Source: Marsupella aquatica
Taxonomy: Eukaryota; Plantae; Marchantiophyta
Direction of reading: 5' to 3'
Length of the DNA: 64,000 nucleotides
Assembly (NCBI GenBank): GCA_973895155.1
Contig: OZ316895.1
Location: 13,317,186 to 13,381,185, forward strand
The notes beneath the pieces were generated by a model. The model was not told where the DNA came from, did no database searches, and was given only the letters and a program-made list of their open reading frames with translations. A program made the translations under genes and the position numbers. This document shows, one piece after another, positions 35,487-48,401 of this stretch; position 1 is the first letter of the stretch, and each line of letters starts with the position of its first letter.

Positions 35487-36591
35487 TATATGCTTGATGG
35501 GACCCCTAGTCAAACTTGTTTATGCAATGGGCCCCTATGCAAGTTTTGTTACCTACTAGGACCCCTCTGAAAGTTTTGTTAACCAGTAGGACCCCTCTTA
35601 ATGAGCCGTATTCATGGAGGAATTACATAGTTTTTGGCCTAAGTGTACCACATGGTTGTGCAATTTTGTTTGCAGTCATTGTTGCTCTGTTTGCAATTGC
35701 CTACAGTTTACTAACACAGACTTTTGTTGTTGTTTGGTGAACAAATTATAGTTTATGTCATCAGATCAATTAGGGTTTGGTAGTATTATTTCCATCTTGT
35801 CAATTTTAGGGGTCATCATTGTTTTGTTGTGAGTTTCCATGCCATTTGGACTTTCCCTTCATTTGTGATCATTTGAATGCATTTTGAGTGAGCAAAAGTT
35901 GCGATTATGTGATGGTTTTGCATCCTAAGGTTTCTGCCTACTATGGAGGCTAGTATAATGTACGACAAATTATCAAGAGAGGTATGTTACATTGTGAACC
36001 TGAGAGATCATGTTTTGATAAATGAATAGTCATGAACATTTGATGCACACATTGTATTAGAAATCCTGATTTTTCACCTGTCTTTATATCACCAACAATG
36101 ATTGCATCTAGCCAAGTTGTGTCACGTCCCTCATGCTGTTGGATGCAAACTCCCTTTTGCTACGCCATGGACAATTGCACCAAGAAAAATGTCAGAACCA
36201 TTGTGAGAAAACAGTGGGTAGCTTGCATGAAGGTATTTAAAACCTACTGAAAATTATGGTATGGCAATAACTCAAATGGAAGACATTAACCATATTGTAT
36301 TCACTTAAGTTATATTGCAATTTGGGTGGCGATGACCACTATTTTGCGGTTTTCCCAACATTGTATGGACAGTCCAAGGTTGGGCCTCTTTTGTGACCAT
36401 GCAGTTTGTGGTTTAGGCACAGTTGACCATAAATTTCACACTAGCTCTTGTTGGTCATCGTATCAAGCAAGAACTCATTGGAGCTGCTACAAGGACTTTT
36501 GAAACAAAAGTGTGAGAGGGGTCCTAGCTAGTAAGGATACCTTTGTCCTGTCACGTAAAAAGTTTTTGGCAGGGATCCCATCAAGCATATA
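35487..36591. mobile_element. Non-autonomous TIR element (about 1.1 kb)
   Basis: Left end tatatgcttgatgggacccct versus right end agggatcccatcaagcatata. Subterminal taggacccctct/agaggggtccta are also inverted. cctcc lies on both flanks (imperfect TSD). Confidence 0.6.
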
Positions 36592-36605
36592 CCTCCATAT
36601 GTAGA

Positions 36606-36750
36606 TTACATTCAATGGTATGGATGCATGTAAAGCTACGCCAATTTGTAGAATACATTCAATGGTATAGATGCATGTAAAGCTACGCCAATTTGTAGAA
36701 TACATTCAATGGTATAGATGCATGTAAAGCTACGCCAATTTGTAGAATAC
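36606..36750. repeat. 47-bp tandem repeat, 3 copies
   Basis: tacattcaatggtatagatgcatgtaaagctacgccaatttgtagaa x3. Confidence 0.9.
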
Positions 36751-37846
36751 TTAGCTGCCCCCACTTTTCTCTGTATAGAAATAGAGATGAGCATAGAAAA
36801 AGAGTATAGTATGCTATATATGATTACTAAAATGATTACATGCATTTTCTATCAATTTATTAACCTCCAAAGAATATGAATAAAGAATATATTTTGGTGA
36901 TATTTTTTGTACTCTATGTTATTCACGTTCAAACAACAGGTAGTAAGAGTTAAGTCAAAGAACAGGTAGTAAGGGTTAGACTGTCTAACTAATAAAGCAC
37001 CAATTGTCTAGAGTGAAGACTCTAGACAGTAACTTTAAGTGACTACAAACTCTAAGTGCGGGTGGAGACAATAATAACGGATAAGTGCAAAGATCAAGAA
37101 GAAATATGGGGATTTTTTTTGTTCTGCAAGGGTTTTGGTCTCCTGTCCCCATCTCTATTTACTCTCAAGGGAGGGGTACTCAGGCTAGTACAACTAATTG
37201 CCATGGGAACCTGGATTAGGGTCTATGGTTCTAGAGTATAGCCTCTAGACTTCACTATAAGGCTCATCAAAATGAATGCGGATGGAAAAATAATGGGATA
37301 TTATGTATGTCTAAATGATTATGATATTTTTGTCATCATTTCTATTGATATTCAAAGAGCGGGCATTGAGTCTCGTAGAAGGAGAAAAAATTCAATATAG
37401 CTGATGACACCCAAAGTCTAGGACTCTTAGGACGAGCGAGCCTTGCAGCTTGCTACGGTTTACCGAGCCGAAATGCAGTGTATAGTCTTGGCCGACCGGA
37501 CCTCCTCCTGTTCCCCACCTGGCCAATCGTTCGCTGCTGGGCCCGGCCCGGACCGATCCGATCTGATCCATTTTCCTGTCCCGTTCTGTCCCTCCGACCC
37601 AGACCCGTGAGAGCTCGCATTGTGGCACCGGCCAAAGCTCACTTTCTCCTTTTCTCGATTCCACTTTCTCTCTCTCTCTGCCTTTCCTTTCCTTTCCTTT
37701 CCTTTCCTTTCCCGATTCCTTTCCCGAAGGACGGGCCTACAGTGCCAAATTGTAGAGGCGAGCAGCAAGCCAATGATTGTCCATTTGCCTCAATCTGTTG
37801 AGCATGACTCTTGCAGGTGTCACGTGCATTGTGCAGCACCTCATCT

Positions 37847-38305
37847 ATGGCGAATGACAAGGAGGATGTGTTGGAGATTGTCGACACTCCTTTGGATATG
37901 GGGAAATATGTCGATGCGGTCAGGGACAATGGAGCCAGTACGATTTCTACCTTCGTCGGAACCACTAGAGACACGTTTTAGGGGCGCGAGGTGATCCAGT
38001 TGCGGTACGAGGCGTATAGACCTATGGCTGTCCTGGAGCTCAAGAAAATTTGCACATCAGCTAGAAATCGGTGGTCTTTGATCGGCGTGGCCATAGCTTA
38101 CCGACTCGGGATCGTGCCGATAGGCGAAGAGAGCGTGTTCATTGCCGTTTCTTCGACCCACAGGAAAGATGCGCTTGAAGCTTGCCAATTTCTGATCGAC
38201 GAGTTGAAAGCTACTGTTCCAATTTGGAAGAAAGAGGTCTATGCGAGTGGAGAAGCCTGGAAAGAAAACGGAGAATTTCTGGAACGACGTCAAAAGGGCC
38301 TGTGA
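37847..38305 (+). pseudogene. CNX6: Molybdopterin synthase catalytic subunit (MoaE/MOCS2B/CNX6) with an in-frame stop
   Basis: MANDKEDVLEIVDTPLD...STFVGTTRDTF*GREVIQLRYEAY...DALEACQFLIDELKATVPIWKKEVY...WKENGEF. TAG at 37979-37981 (codon 45). Confidence 0.85.
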
Positions 38306-39968
38306 CTTTCTACGTCAAAAGTATACTTTCAGTTTTCACCTGACATTGCTCTGCAATCTGGTACATTGACCTACTGGCGAGTGGGGATATGCCACTGAAC
38401 ACGGCAGGCTCGTCACCATGTGGCTATTTGTCTTGGCACGTTGACGGTTGCAAGTTGACAAATAAGAATGCTTGTAATTCAGCTGGCTTTCGTCCCGATT
38501 GTTCTGTGGAAGGATGTGGTGTCGGACTTGCGCTGACAGTCCTTGTAATGCCCTGCTTACCTACCATTGATACAAGCTGGTCTTAGGTTGCACCGCCAAT
38601 TTGTCCCAATTTTAGGTCAGATGGTTTGTGACTACGATTGTCGTCCAGGCCACAACTGGTAATCAATGTAAATCAGGCTTAAAAAACAAACAAAATGACA
38701 AGGGCCTTAGGTGGTAATGAAGAGGCCCCATCCATATCCATGCTACTGGGACGGGAGTGGGAGCTTTGTAAAACAAAAACGGAGGGAAATAGGGTTGAGG
38801 TATCCGGAGTAGGTTCTCTCACAAATGTTCCATCTCAATGACAAAGATTGGCTGGACAACCCTAATGAACTAAGTTTCAAAACATAAAACTGAACCTTCT
38901 GGCGACCAGTGTACTCCATTCAAAAGCTTGTATTGAATGCTTATTGATCTAACAAATGTCGTGGAAAGCTCTCTTGAAGAAGGGATACACTGACTCTAGA
39001 TCACTTTCTACATTAAGCTACTCAAACTGTCCCCAATCAGATCATGGCCCATTACACACAAAAGATTATTCCTCTATTATTATTGTTCTACAAACTGTCC
39101 TTCATGGCGCTCCTCACCACGGACAGTGGTTGCTATCCTGTCAGCGGGCCACAGTTGCATTCATGTTGTGTGGATGCTCAGGGATTATAGCCCAGACTTC
39201 ACGTACAAAATAAAAATGTCACAGAATTTGCGTGCTATATAAGTCCAAGTTATACGACTTTTTAGTGCGCACATTTTCCTTTCCACCCTCGGGAAAGTTT
39301 CCCAACCTTCGCATCTACAGTGGCAATCATCTTCTCCAACAGACAACAGATTTGTCCCATCTTTTACCATCGCGTGATGCAGCAGGAAGGGGGTAAGGTT
39401 TGTCCAGTACATCTTACTCTAAATTTCAATCCCACTGCCAAACAATCAGGTCAGTCAGATAACATCTCGCACTTGATTTAAGTATTTCACAGATCCTCCA
39501 ATGGTCAGACTGAGATTGTAAATTGACATGCATGATCTGTGACACTGCCGAATGAAAAATTAAATGTGGCCCACTCTGGGAAGTAAGTACTTTATCATAT
39601 TACTACTCATGACAGCACCTTTCAAATTGGACAGGAATCCTGTCAGTCCCGGTGAGTTCGCGCTGTCCTTCTATAGTACAGATGAATTTCAAATAGCCCC
39701 ATAAATGTCCAGTTTTCTCCAAAAACATCCGTGTCTATTTTGTCTTTGTGCAGATTCTATCATCTTTTGGATTTAAAGTATCTACTTAGCATGGGAATCT
39801 AAATTGATGTAAACCGGAAATACCTTTTAAACATCTCTGTTATCTCCAAGAAGTGGGATCGGTACCCATGCGGTCCCAAAAGAGGAAGTAGTCTGTCCAC
39901 CATTCACGTCGCATGTAAGGAGCCAACTTTTGGCGATGGAGTAGTACCTCGGAAACTGGATGAACTTT

Positions 39969-40280
39969 CTATGCGTTTCCGTCCAACTCCAAAGCAATGC
40001 CATTCTCGACTAAAGTATCAATGATTGCCTCGATCGTGGTTTCCAGCTTCTCTCCTCTCCTTGGTTCATAGACTACTGTGTATACATCATGTACATCGGC
40101 TTCCTTGGCCCAGTCAGCAAGAACCTTTCCAATCACCCAATAGGCTCGCATATCACCATAAGCCGGCTACGTGCCACGAACCTCTTTTGCATTAGAATTG
40201 GCAACAGCTACAACTATATGCAGAGCCCTATTGGACGCGAGGTGAATCTATATTGGAGATGTACTTGTCAAGAGTGAAAG
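39969..40280 (-). pseudogene. Organellar-type ribosomal protein L18 (L18p/L5e) family fragment
   Basis: VVAVANSNAKEVRGT*PAYGDMRAYWVIGKVLADWAKEADVHDVYTVVYEPRRGEKLE...IIDTLVENGI resembles plant uL18-like proteins. Stop at 40167-40169 and an apparent frameshift upstream. Confidence 0.6.
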
Positions 40281-40485
40281 GTTTGATACTTGGACGCGAG
40301 GCGAATCTTTATTCTCAAGTAGTCAAATTAGCGTGAAGTCATCCGAGGTGGATAGCTTCTTCCGTGCCCGTAAGGACAGCAGAAGGCTGGAGGGTCGCGT
40401 TGGGAGTTGGGACCACGAGAAGATGCGCATCGTTATCGATAGCTATCTGTGCTGCTCCTGCTGTCAACTTTTGTAGCCTGGAGTT

Positions 40486-43400
40486 ATGATATTTTTCCCG
40501 CCGTTGGAAATGATTACTCTCTCTTCCGTCGTTCGGATACCATGCTGTTTCAGGTAAGCGCTTGGCTTGGCTTGGTGGTGTTGTCTGTCGTGCACGAGAA
40601 ATGTTTGCTTCACTGAGAATGAATTGTCAGACAATCCAATGGTTTCCAGAATGAAGGGATGGATGGATGGATGGATGGATGGATGAATGAATGAATGAAT
40701 ATGTTAAGACCGTCCATGATTCGCTGTCCTGTGTGACCGATTTTTCTATGACTGAAATATGACACGACAAATTTGGAGTGGGATTGGCACAAGACATGAA
40801 ATTCCGAGTGAGACAAAATGAGTGTAATTGAGCGAAAAGATGGATGCGTGAACGGACGAATGAGTGAATTAGAGAGAGGGACCACAATGTGAGAAGATTC
40901 TGTGAAAGAATGACTCAGAGGGACTGATTGCGTGAGCGACTGAATCGAAATGAGTGACATGACACATGTAATTCAAGAAAGAATGAATGAAGATTGAATT
41001 AGAGTGTGACTAAATGAATCAAGAATTAGCAAGTCACTGTTATTCATTGTTTCCCTGGATTAGGGTGACTAAAATGTAAGAAAGCATGAAGAGAGCGACT
41101 GGGTGACAGACCGAACTTAGTGACTTACCGAAAGAATGAGAATTATGAATGGAAGAATCTTCTCCTGGTTGAATAAATGAGAGAAACGAGAGAGATTAGT
41201 CCACTAACGATAATGATCTGTAGAGTACTCGGCTCAGAGTGGGGCATCTGGCCGTTCCTCTCGTCTTCTCTACACACAATTTGTTGTGATAAAGCATCGC
41301 CGGTGGATTTCATCCCACGTACCTTGCGAGCATATGGGCGAGAAACTAGATCTTTAGAGAGATAGTCATCACAGCAGGTCAGTGCTCAATGTTCCCTGGG
41401 CAGGGTTCTTCGAACTACTCGATTATATTATTCTCTCAGCATTGATCGTTATCGATTCACACGCCCAACTCCATCATCATCAACCACGACCCTTGTGTAG
41501 CGTAAATTAGATAACAATTGAGATTAAGAAATTTTTTCTCCTTGCCATTTTGTTTGGAGATGAATAACTCACTTTCGTGTGACCAGTCTATACTACTACA
41601 TGAATCCGGACAAGATTGGTTCTAACAATTACATTGCAATTACTGCACTTTTAGGAAGTGGTTAGGCACTGCTCCTTCCAAAGCATTGAGCGATGGTGTT
41701 TTTTGCCCAAATTTGGGATGGTTAGGAAAGCTGTTGTGCAAACCTGTTATTGGACAGAGCTAATTGTCGCGCAGTTGAGTTCTTATAAGGGGCAAGCCCT
41801 GTTTTGCATTTCATTGCTTTGGGTTTGTTTTGTAGGCCGTACTTCAGGAACTTCGAAGCCTCGCAACTTCAGGAACCGAAGGGTGAGAGGTTTGGTATTA
41901 GACCGATCACAAAACCGTCCATTGTTGGATCCATCGAAAAGCCTGGACCCCTTGTCATTCCATCGAGATGGCAGCGACAAAGAGATGTCTCATCGTTGTC
42001 GACGTTGAACACGGAGAGAACTGAAGTTCTGCCTTCCCAAGATAGTCCCGGAGACTGTCATTCGAACCTAGAAGACGAAGGTGATGAATCTCAGAACGGT
42101 GCTTCTTCGCCAGACCTGAACGAGCAGCTCCTAAGTGGCTACGAGGTTAGCAGTCTCACGATTCATTTGGTGTCGAAGTCCTTCCCTGCCAAAATCATCG
42201 GACGAAGACGAGATAGAATGTTTGAACAGGTGCATGCAACGAGTGAGCAAGATCACTGAGAGCTTGTTTGCGGTTGTTGTTTTAGTTGGCAGCACTCCGA
42301 TCAGACCCAGTGCGCTCAAGGCTTATCATGAAGCTCAGTGAAGCCAACCAATACATTCGGTTTCTTTTTCAAGAGGTTTGTTCTTCTGACCGTTCGCTCT
42401 TCGTTGAATTTTCATTTGATTTTCTCTTTTCTTTGGATGTGATATTGGCGGGAGACAATTGAAATTCTTCAGATTTTTACTAAGAGACATGTTTGAGTGC
42501 TTCGTTGTATGTCGAGCTCTAAAAAGAGTTCGCTTCTGTCAGTCTGGTCTTAGCATTGTCCACTAACATTCTCCGTGTGCAATACTGATAGGTACAGGAA
42601 CAGGAAAAAGTAACAAGGAGCTGTAGATCGCAGATTTCTGCCATAGAACTTAAGCTTGGGGTAATCCCCTACTTCCTTTCCTTCCCTTCCGTTTCACATC
42701 TTACTGGCTTTTAATTACCTGCATTTTTGTTTCAAACCGGGCACTTGCGCGTCAGTGGAACCTCCCTTAGCCTAACCAGTTAATGTCCAGATAACTGACA
42801 TTTCCCCTGCTGCTACTTTCGACTTTGGTAGGCACTCGTGCACTTAGCACGGGAAATTGCGAAGGATGGTGGCAAGCCTGGAACCAGAAAGATCAACGGC
42901 AGATATATTCACTCACATCTTGCAAGCCGACTTGAAGGTAGGTACCTATATCTTTGTGAAATGAGAAGCATGCAATCGGTTACAGGCTGTCGCACTCCAA
43001 TTTTATTGTGTTTTTAAACAGGGAGCCACCTTGTTCATTGCTCAAGATCTTTCGTGTTGTTCTCACTTAAAGGTGAGGTGATTGCGTTAGTCAAAAGTGG
43101 TCAATTTCCTCGTAAGCGCTGTCCGAGCCAACATCGAGTGGTTGTTGGTGTGTCTGTACTTCGAGCTGATATAACTAACTGTCTGATTGACAGAACTTCA
43201 GCAGAGTTTGTCCGAACAAGGCAAGGAAATTGATGGAGTCCGGCTCAGAGAGATAGACTTCTCTTGGAATGGAATGGCTGAGGTTTGTGTTTTATAGCTA
43301 GTAAAGCCCCTACGCAATTCTTGTTTAGATACTGCAGACTTGTCCTAGCTTGTAGCGCACTTCCAGAGTGGTCTCTCTTTGCCATCACATGCCTTGCTTG

Positions 43401-43869
43401 CTTCTGATGATCAAGGGTTGTTTCATCCTTATTGTATTGAGCAGTATTTGACAGGTTTCTGTTAAAATTAGATCTGGTCTTGGTTGTCGTTCTTTTCCTT
43501 CTCTCTATACTAATGCTGCTGTTTGCCAGGACGTCACAGTGATGGGGTCGTTTGATAATTGGACGCGAGGTGAATCCTTGTCTCCAGAGAGTACAGGAAT
43601 ATACACAAATTTCTCCTCTACACTCAAATTGCGGCCAGGCAGGTGGGTGGCTTTTCTTTCAGTCAACCATGAAGTAGGTCGTGTGTTTTATTTCTTGAAG
43701 TTGGCAATTTTATGCTTCTCGTTCAGGTGCTAACGTAAAGCCTAAATTATTCACACGTTGTGACAGGTATGAGATAAAGTTCAGGGTAGACGGTGACTGG
43801 CGACTTTCTCCAGATTTGCCCACTATTGGGGAGGGATTACTTATGAACAACCTCCTGATTGTAGACTAG
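40486..43869 (+). CDS. PTST1: PROTEIN TARGETING TO STARCH 1-like (coiled coil + CBM48), multi-exon
   Basis: Exon 1 40486-40553 joins 41836 in frame. Later exons give KLSEANQYIRFL, GTRKINGRYIHSHLASRLE, FSWNGMAE, VMGSFDNWTRGESLSPE...LKLRPGR and YEIKFRVDGDWRLSPDLPT...NNLLIVD*. Confidence 0.88.
40656..40700. repeat. (GGAT)n-(GAAT)n microsatellite in PTST1 intron 1
   Basis: ggatggatggat...gaatgaatgaat. Confidence 0.9.
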
Positions 43870-44034
43870 AACCGTAAACCTCACAATCCCAGATTGGAAA
43901 CGAGAATCAAGTTGGGTGTCTTTTGCATGAAATGGTTTTTCTAGTCAGAGCAGTCAGAAGCCATAACAGTACAGAGGCAACAGTTGGGGCACGCCCTTTA
44001 CACGAGAGAAGAATGCTTTTGACTGTAGCTGTCC

Positions 44035-44205
44035 CGTTGGAGACCTCTCTGAACTTGATTACTTTTTAAGGAGTGAAAGTTTGAACTGTAAATGCACTCC
44101 AGGAATCTTGAAAGAATTGATTGGAGACCTGTCTGAACATGCTCACTTTTTAAGGAGCGAAAGTCTGAACTGCGAACGCAATCCTGGAATCTTGACAGAA
44201 TTGAG
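44035..44205. repeat. Imperfect 84-bp tandem duplication 3' of PTST1
   Basis: ttggagacct.tctgaac...actttttaaggag.gaaagt.tgaactg...ggaatcttga twice. Confidence 0.75.
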
Positions 44206-47200
44206 TCAACCTTGGCCTTCACTTTTTCATCAAACGTACAAAGTTTGATGAACATTCCAAAATGAGTATACCAGAGTTTAAGAATGTGAATGTTTGTGTG
44301 GGCCCTTGCGTTGTGCTGTTGGAGTTCCTCCACCACGGGGATCTTGTGGCTCATATGTGCCCCACTTATCAAAAACATGAAGGGTTTAAAGGAAGAATGT
44401 GAATGTTTTGGCAATTTGAATTGTTTGATGTGCATTCCTCGTGCTAATATTGTCTTGTTGGATGAAGTCCTTTTCTCCTGACCTCATCAAATAAGGAAAG
44501 TAAATACATGCAAGGATTCTCAATCAGGTTCACACCACTCACCTATATATACACTACTGAAAGAAGTGGCCTATATTCATGTAGAATGTTTGTATCTCCT
44601 TTACATATAGTTTACTTTCTTACTTGATGTAATTACTATGTCACTTCGATGTAAGGCAAAGTTGATCTTACTAATAAATCTTGATGCAAAGCTATTTTCA
44701 AGGGCTACAATCTAGAGTGAAAGCCTCTACACGGTAACTATCAATAAGGACAGAATTAACAATGACAAATAGGGATGGTGCAAAGATGAACAAAAGTGAC
44801 ATTGACTCTAAATAATGACAAAATTGATAGTGACTCTAAATAAAGACAAAATTGAAAGTGAGGGTCAACTAAAAATAGGGATGGGGGCAAAGACTAAGAG
44901 GAAGTAGCGTTTGTTTGTCTTCATGTCTATTTACGTTCAACTAACAGATAATCAGGCTAGTCTGGTGAAACAACCAGTCTCCCTAGCTTCTTGGAAAGGG
45001 GGAGAATGCAGACCAAGCTGCACAGAAAACTTGGTTGGAACTAAATAGGGCAGTCTAACGTAGTGGATGAGGAAACTGTGCAATAAGTTTAAGAAAACTT
45101 GGTTGGAACGAAATAGAGCAGTCTAGCGTAGTGGATGAGGAAACTGTGCAACAAGTTCGAGAAAACCAAGACTCTAAGCACGTTGAAGCTATCCAAATTC
45201 CCCTAAGGAGCATAATTTGAACCATGCCCCGCACCACAACCAGCTCCTGAGGTGGGGAATGTTGGACAACACTGATTTAGTCAGTTAGGTTTTTGTGCGG
45301 GATCTTTTAGTGCCACCACTCAACTTGGGGCTGACCTAGTGCAATTCTCCCAGACTTTGCAGGTTGCTGGTCTGGTTTCTTGCCAGATGGCCTCCCGTTT
45401 AACGGGCTTCCCATTGTGTTCTTTAGAATCTAGAATTTTCATAAAAAAATGAGCCTTAAGCTTGAAAGGGAGGATCTCATCCTGAAGCCTTTTGCTGGGA
45501 TAGGATTCCCAACTTGCATGGGATCCAACTAAACATATATCCTTACTAGGATGACATGGATAAGACTTAGTTTTAGACAGGAACATTTGAGGATCCCATC
45601 CAGCTTATTTTCTAAGTACAAAATTTAGCCAAATTCCACCTCAGTCCCCAGAAAGTGTTTGCCACTTTTGGCTAACATTCGCTACATTTTTTGTATGCCA
45701 TTCCAATATGACGTTCTAAACCCAACTCTGCACCATTCCCATTCTTTTTTTTTATATATATTTGGCTAACATTATTAAGTCTCCAAATGGAACAACATTT
45801 AAAAAAGAAAGAAAAAAAGCATCCTAAACCATTACAAAAATCACAAGAGCAGCTCCAAGGATGGCAAAGGATGCCCCCAATAGAGGCAAAGGATACTCTT
45901 ACGCGTTACATACTGTAGGAGGCTGCCACGGTGTTTCCTGAGCTGATGGCTTGTGCACGACTAGCGTATCTTCTCACAAAAGTTAACAAATAGTTGGATG
46001 CAAAATGGGTTGGCCAGAATTAGATAAATGATTTGGTATGGACTGTAATATTTCTTATCGTGGGATGTCCTTGAAGTGTTTTACCAAGCCAGTTAACTCC
46101 AAACTTCCTGCCAAAGATTGGAGATTGGGGGAGAGGCTGGGACCTTGGGAGAATTCCCTTCACAAGAAGCTAGGCTGCTTGGTTGCCCTGGTGCTAACCA
46201 AGTTCCCAATGTGAATCCGGGACAGATGCCCTTAATTACTGAAAGCAGGGCTGTGGGGTGGAGCAAGAGAAAGCTCCAAGGATGACATAACAAGAGCAAA
46301 ATTTTATTGTGATTTTCCAAGTTAGCACAAGTTTTATGCTTTCACAATACTATCTAAAATATCCACAAGTCCGCACATATTGCTCCCCCTGAGACTCCCC
46401 ATGCTTGTCTCTCCTCACAAGCATAGTCTAAATACAGATCTTAGTATAAAAAAAACCTGTCTACACAGAAATTATGAACTATAGCTTCAATCCTCAGAGT
46501 AAATCCTGAACAGTAAACTTTGACTATGAATAATAGTGTAGTAGCTCAAGTACACAAAAGCTTGGTCCTCACTTCATTTTTCAATTTCATGAACAATGGA
46601 TATGGATACTTCAATAAAGAAATGTTCACATCTAAATGTTTAGAATATTCTCGAATTTGTTTTTCGTAAGTTTCACAAATGCTAATAATCAGTAATTATG
46701 TGAACCCCTGAAAGTGCCTATCGTACCCTCCATGCAGCCTCAGACAGGACAAGGGCAAGAACCAACACCGATATATCAAGACTTGTTCACAATGTCCTGA
46801 GATCAGAGAGACTGGCAGGGCCAGGCAGGGTGCGCGCGCTCGTCAGTAGCAGAGTAGCAGAAGCCGCCGAAAAGCCGGAACTGCTAAACAATCCAAACCA
46901 AACGGGCCAGGCTCAGCAATACAAATAGAATCGGATTGTTTAAGCTGTCGCTAATAATAAGGACGTCAAAATAAGGTACGCACTATACTGCACTGCGCCG
47001 TACAAGTAAGGACCGCAGTGCAAGTACGTCCTCTCCTCCTCCTCCTCCTCATGATGCCGAACAGGAGAGCCCTGCACTGAGGCTGTCCTTCGCACGGAGG
47101 TCGGACTGGAGGAGCAGCAGCAACAAGCGTCTCGATGTGCCTGCGCCTTGCTTGCGCCATACCCTAAAGTCCCGAAACAAACGAACGAACAAGCGAACGA

Positions 47201-47279
47201 ACGAACCAACGAACGAACTCCGATCGGGCGATTCATCCATCGAACGGACCAGCGCGTAGCTCGCGCCTTGCCGGCTCCC

Positions 47280-48400
47280 TCACTCTCTTTCTATCTCTCT
47301 GTCACCTTTTCTGTTGCGCGCAGTCGCTCGATCCCCGTCGTCCTGTGCGAACGAGAGCGAAACAGAGCAACAGAGAGGAGAGAGAGAGAGAGAGAGAGAG
47401 GGGGGAGAGAGCGGCATTGCTTTTACCGCTACACACTCCACCTAGTTCCCACTCTGCTACTTCGCTCGTCCGGACAGAGAGAGTACCCGATTACCCGTCC
47501 GCACGCACGCCCATCCGCTAGTGGTAGTCGGGAGGCTGGCACTCCCTGGCAGTGAAGCGAGGGAGGGAGGGAGGGAGGGAGAGAAGGAAGGAGGGAGGCA
47601 TGTGAAATACGGGTCGGAGGCAGCGTGTGTGGAAAAGGTAGGATGCAGGAGGTGAGGGAGCGCGGAATTCGGCGCACGCAGGGAGGAAAGTGGAGAAAAA
47701 GTGGCGGAGAGTGAGGGGAAGAGGGAGAGGTGGAGAAAAGAAAGTGTGTCTCGAGTTATGCAGAAGAAGAAGAAGCAGCAGCAGGAGCGAGCGGAATGGG
47801 ATGTGTGACCGAATGACGATTGGTGCGTTGCGTCGGAGAGAGATGATTGATGAGCGTGTGACAGAGTGAAGAAGGAGGAGGTTGACGAGGGACGACCGTA
47901 GAGGTGGAGACGACAGCGCAGACGAGCGATTGGAGTACGGTACAATCGACGGGGGAGAGAGGGAGCGGGGCTGGTCATTATTATTGACGACGGGTCCTGG
48001 ACCAGAACGGAAAGTTTGAATAGCCATCGGCGCGCGTGCAGCAGAGCAGGGGAAATAGGAGAACGGGAGAGTAGTCGAGTGATGGACGCGACGAGAGATA
48101 GGGACAGAGGGAGCGTCGAAACTCGAAAGGCAAAGAGAGAGGAGAGCGGATAAGGTGGAATTATTAATCTGTTTGCATGGAGGAGCGAGGAGGAGGAGGA
48201 GGACGAGAAAGGGACGAAAGCCGTTGTCGTGCGGAGGTTTCTTGAGAATGGTTCGAGGAAGGATTATGGAGATCGGTGTTACGTACCACGACGAGGAGAG
48301 GAGCACGAAGAATAGAAGGGAGCGCGGCGGCGGGGGGTTTTTTTTTTGAGGAAAGAAGATGTGGATGAGAAGCAGCAAGTCAGTAGGAAGACGAAGAGGA
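47280..48400 (+). promoter_or_regulatory. GA-rich promoter/5' UTR region of PIE1
   Basis: (GA)n at about 47376-47410, (GGGA)n and (GAA)n tracts directly upstream of the ATG at 48402. Confidence 0.45.
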
Positions 48401-48401
48401 G

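Noticed and set aside
36160-36460. MDNCTKKN and LVGH peptides as a second Sola-like transposase remnant
   Set aside because: Motif spacing is about three times that of the real transposase and the intervening sequence does not align by eye.
47429-48378. Long minus-strand ORFs (286, 173 aa)
   Set aside because: They are artefacts of GA-rich microsatellite sequence upstream of PIE1, with L/S/P-biased translations.
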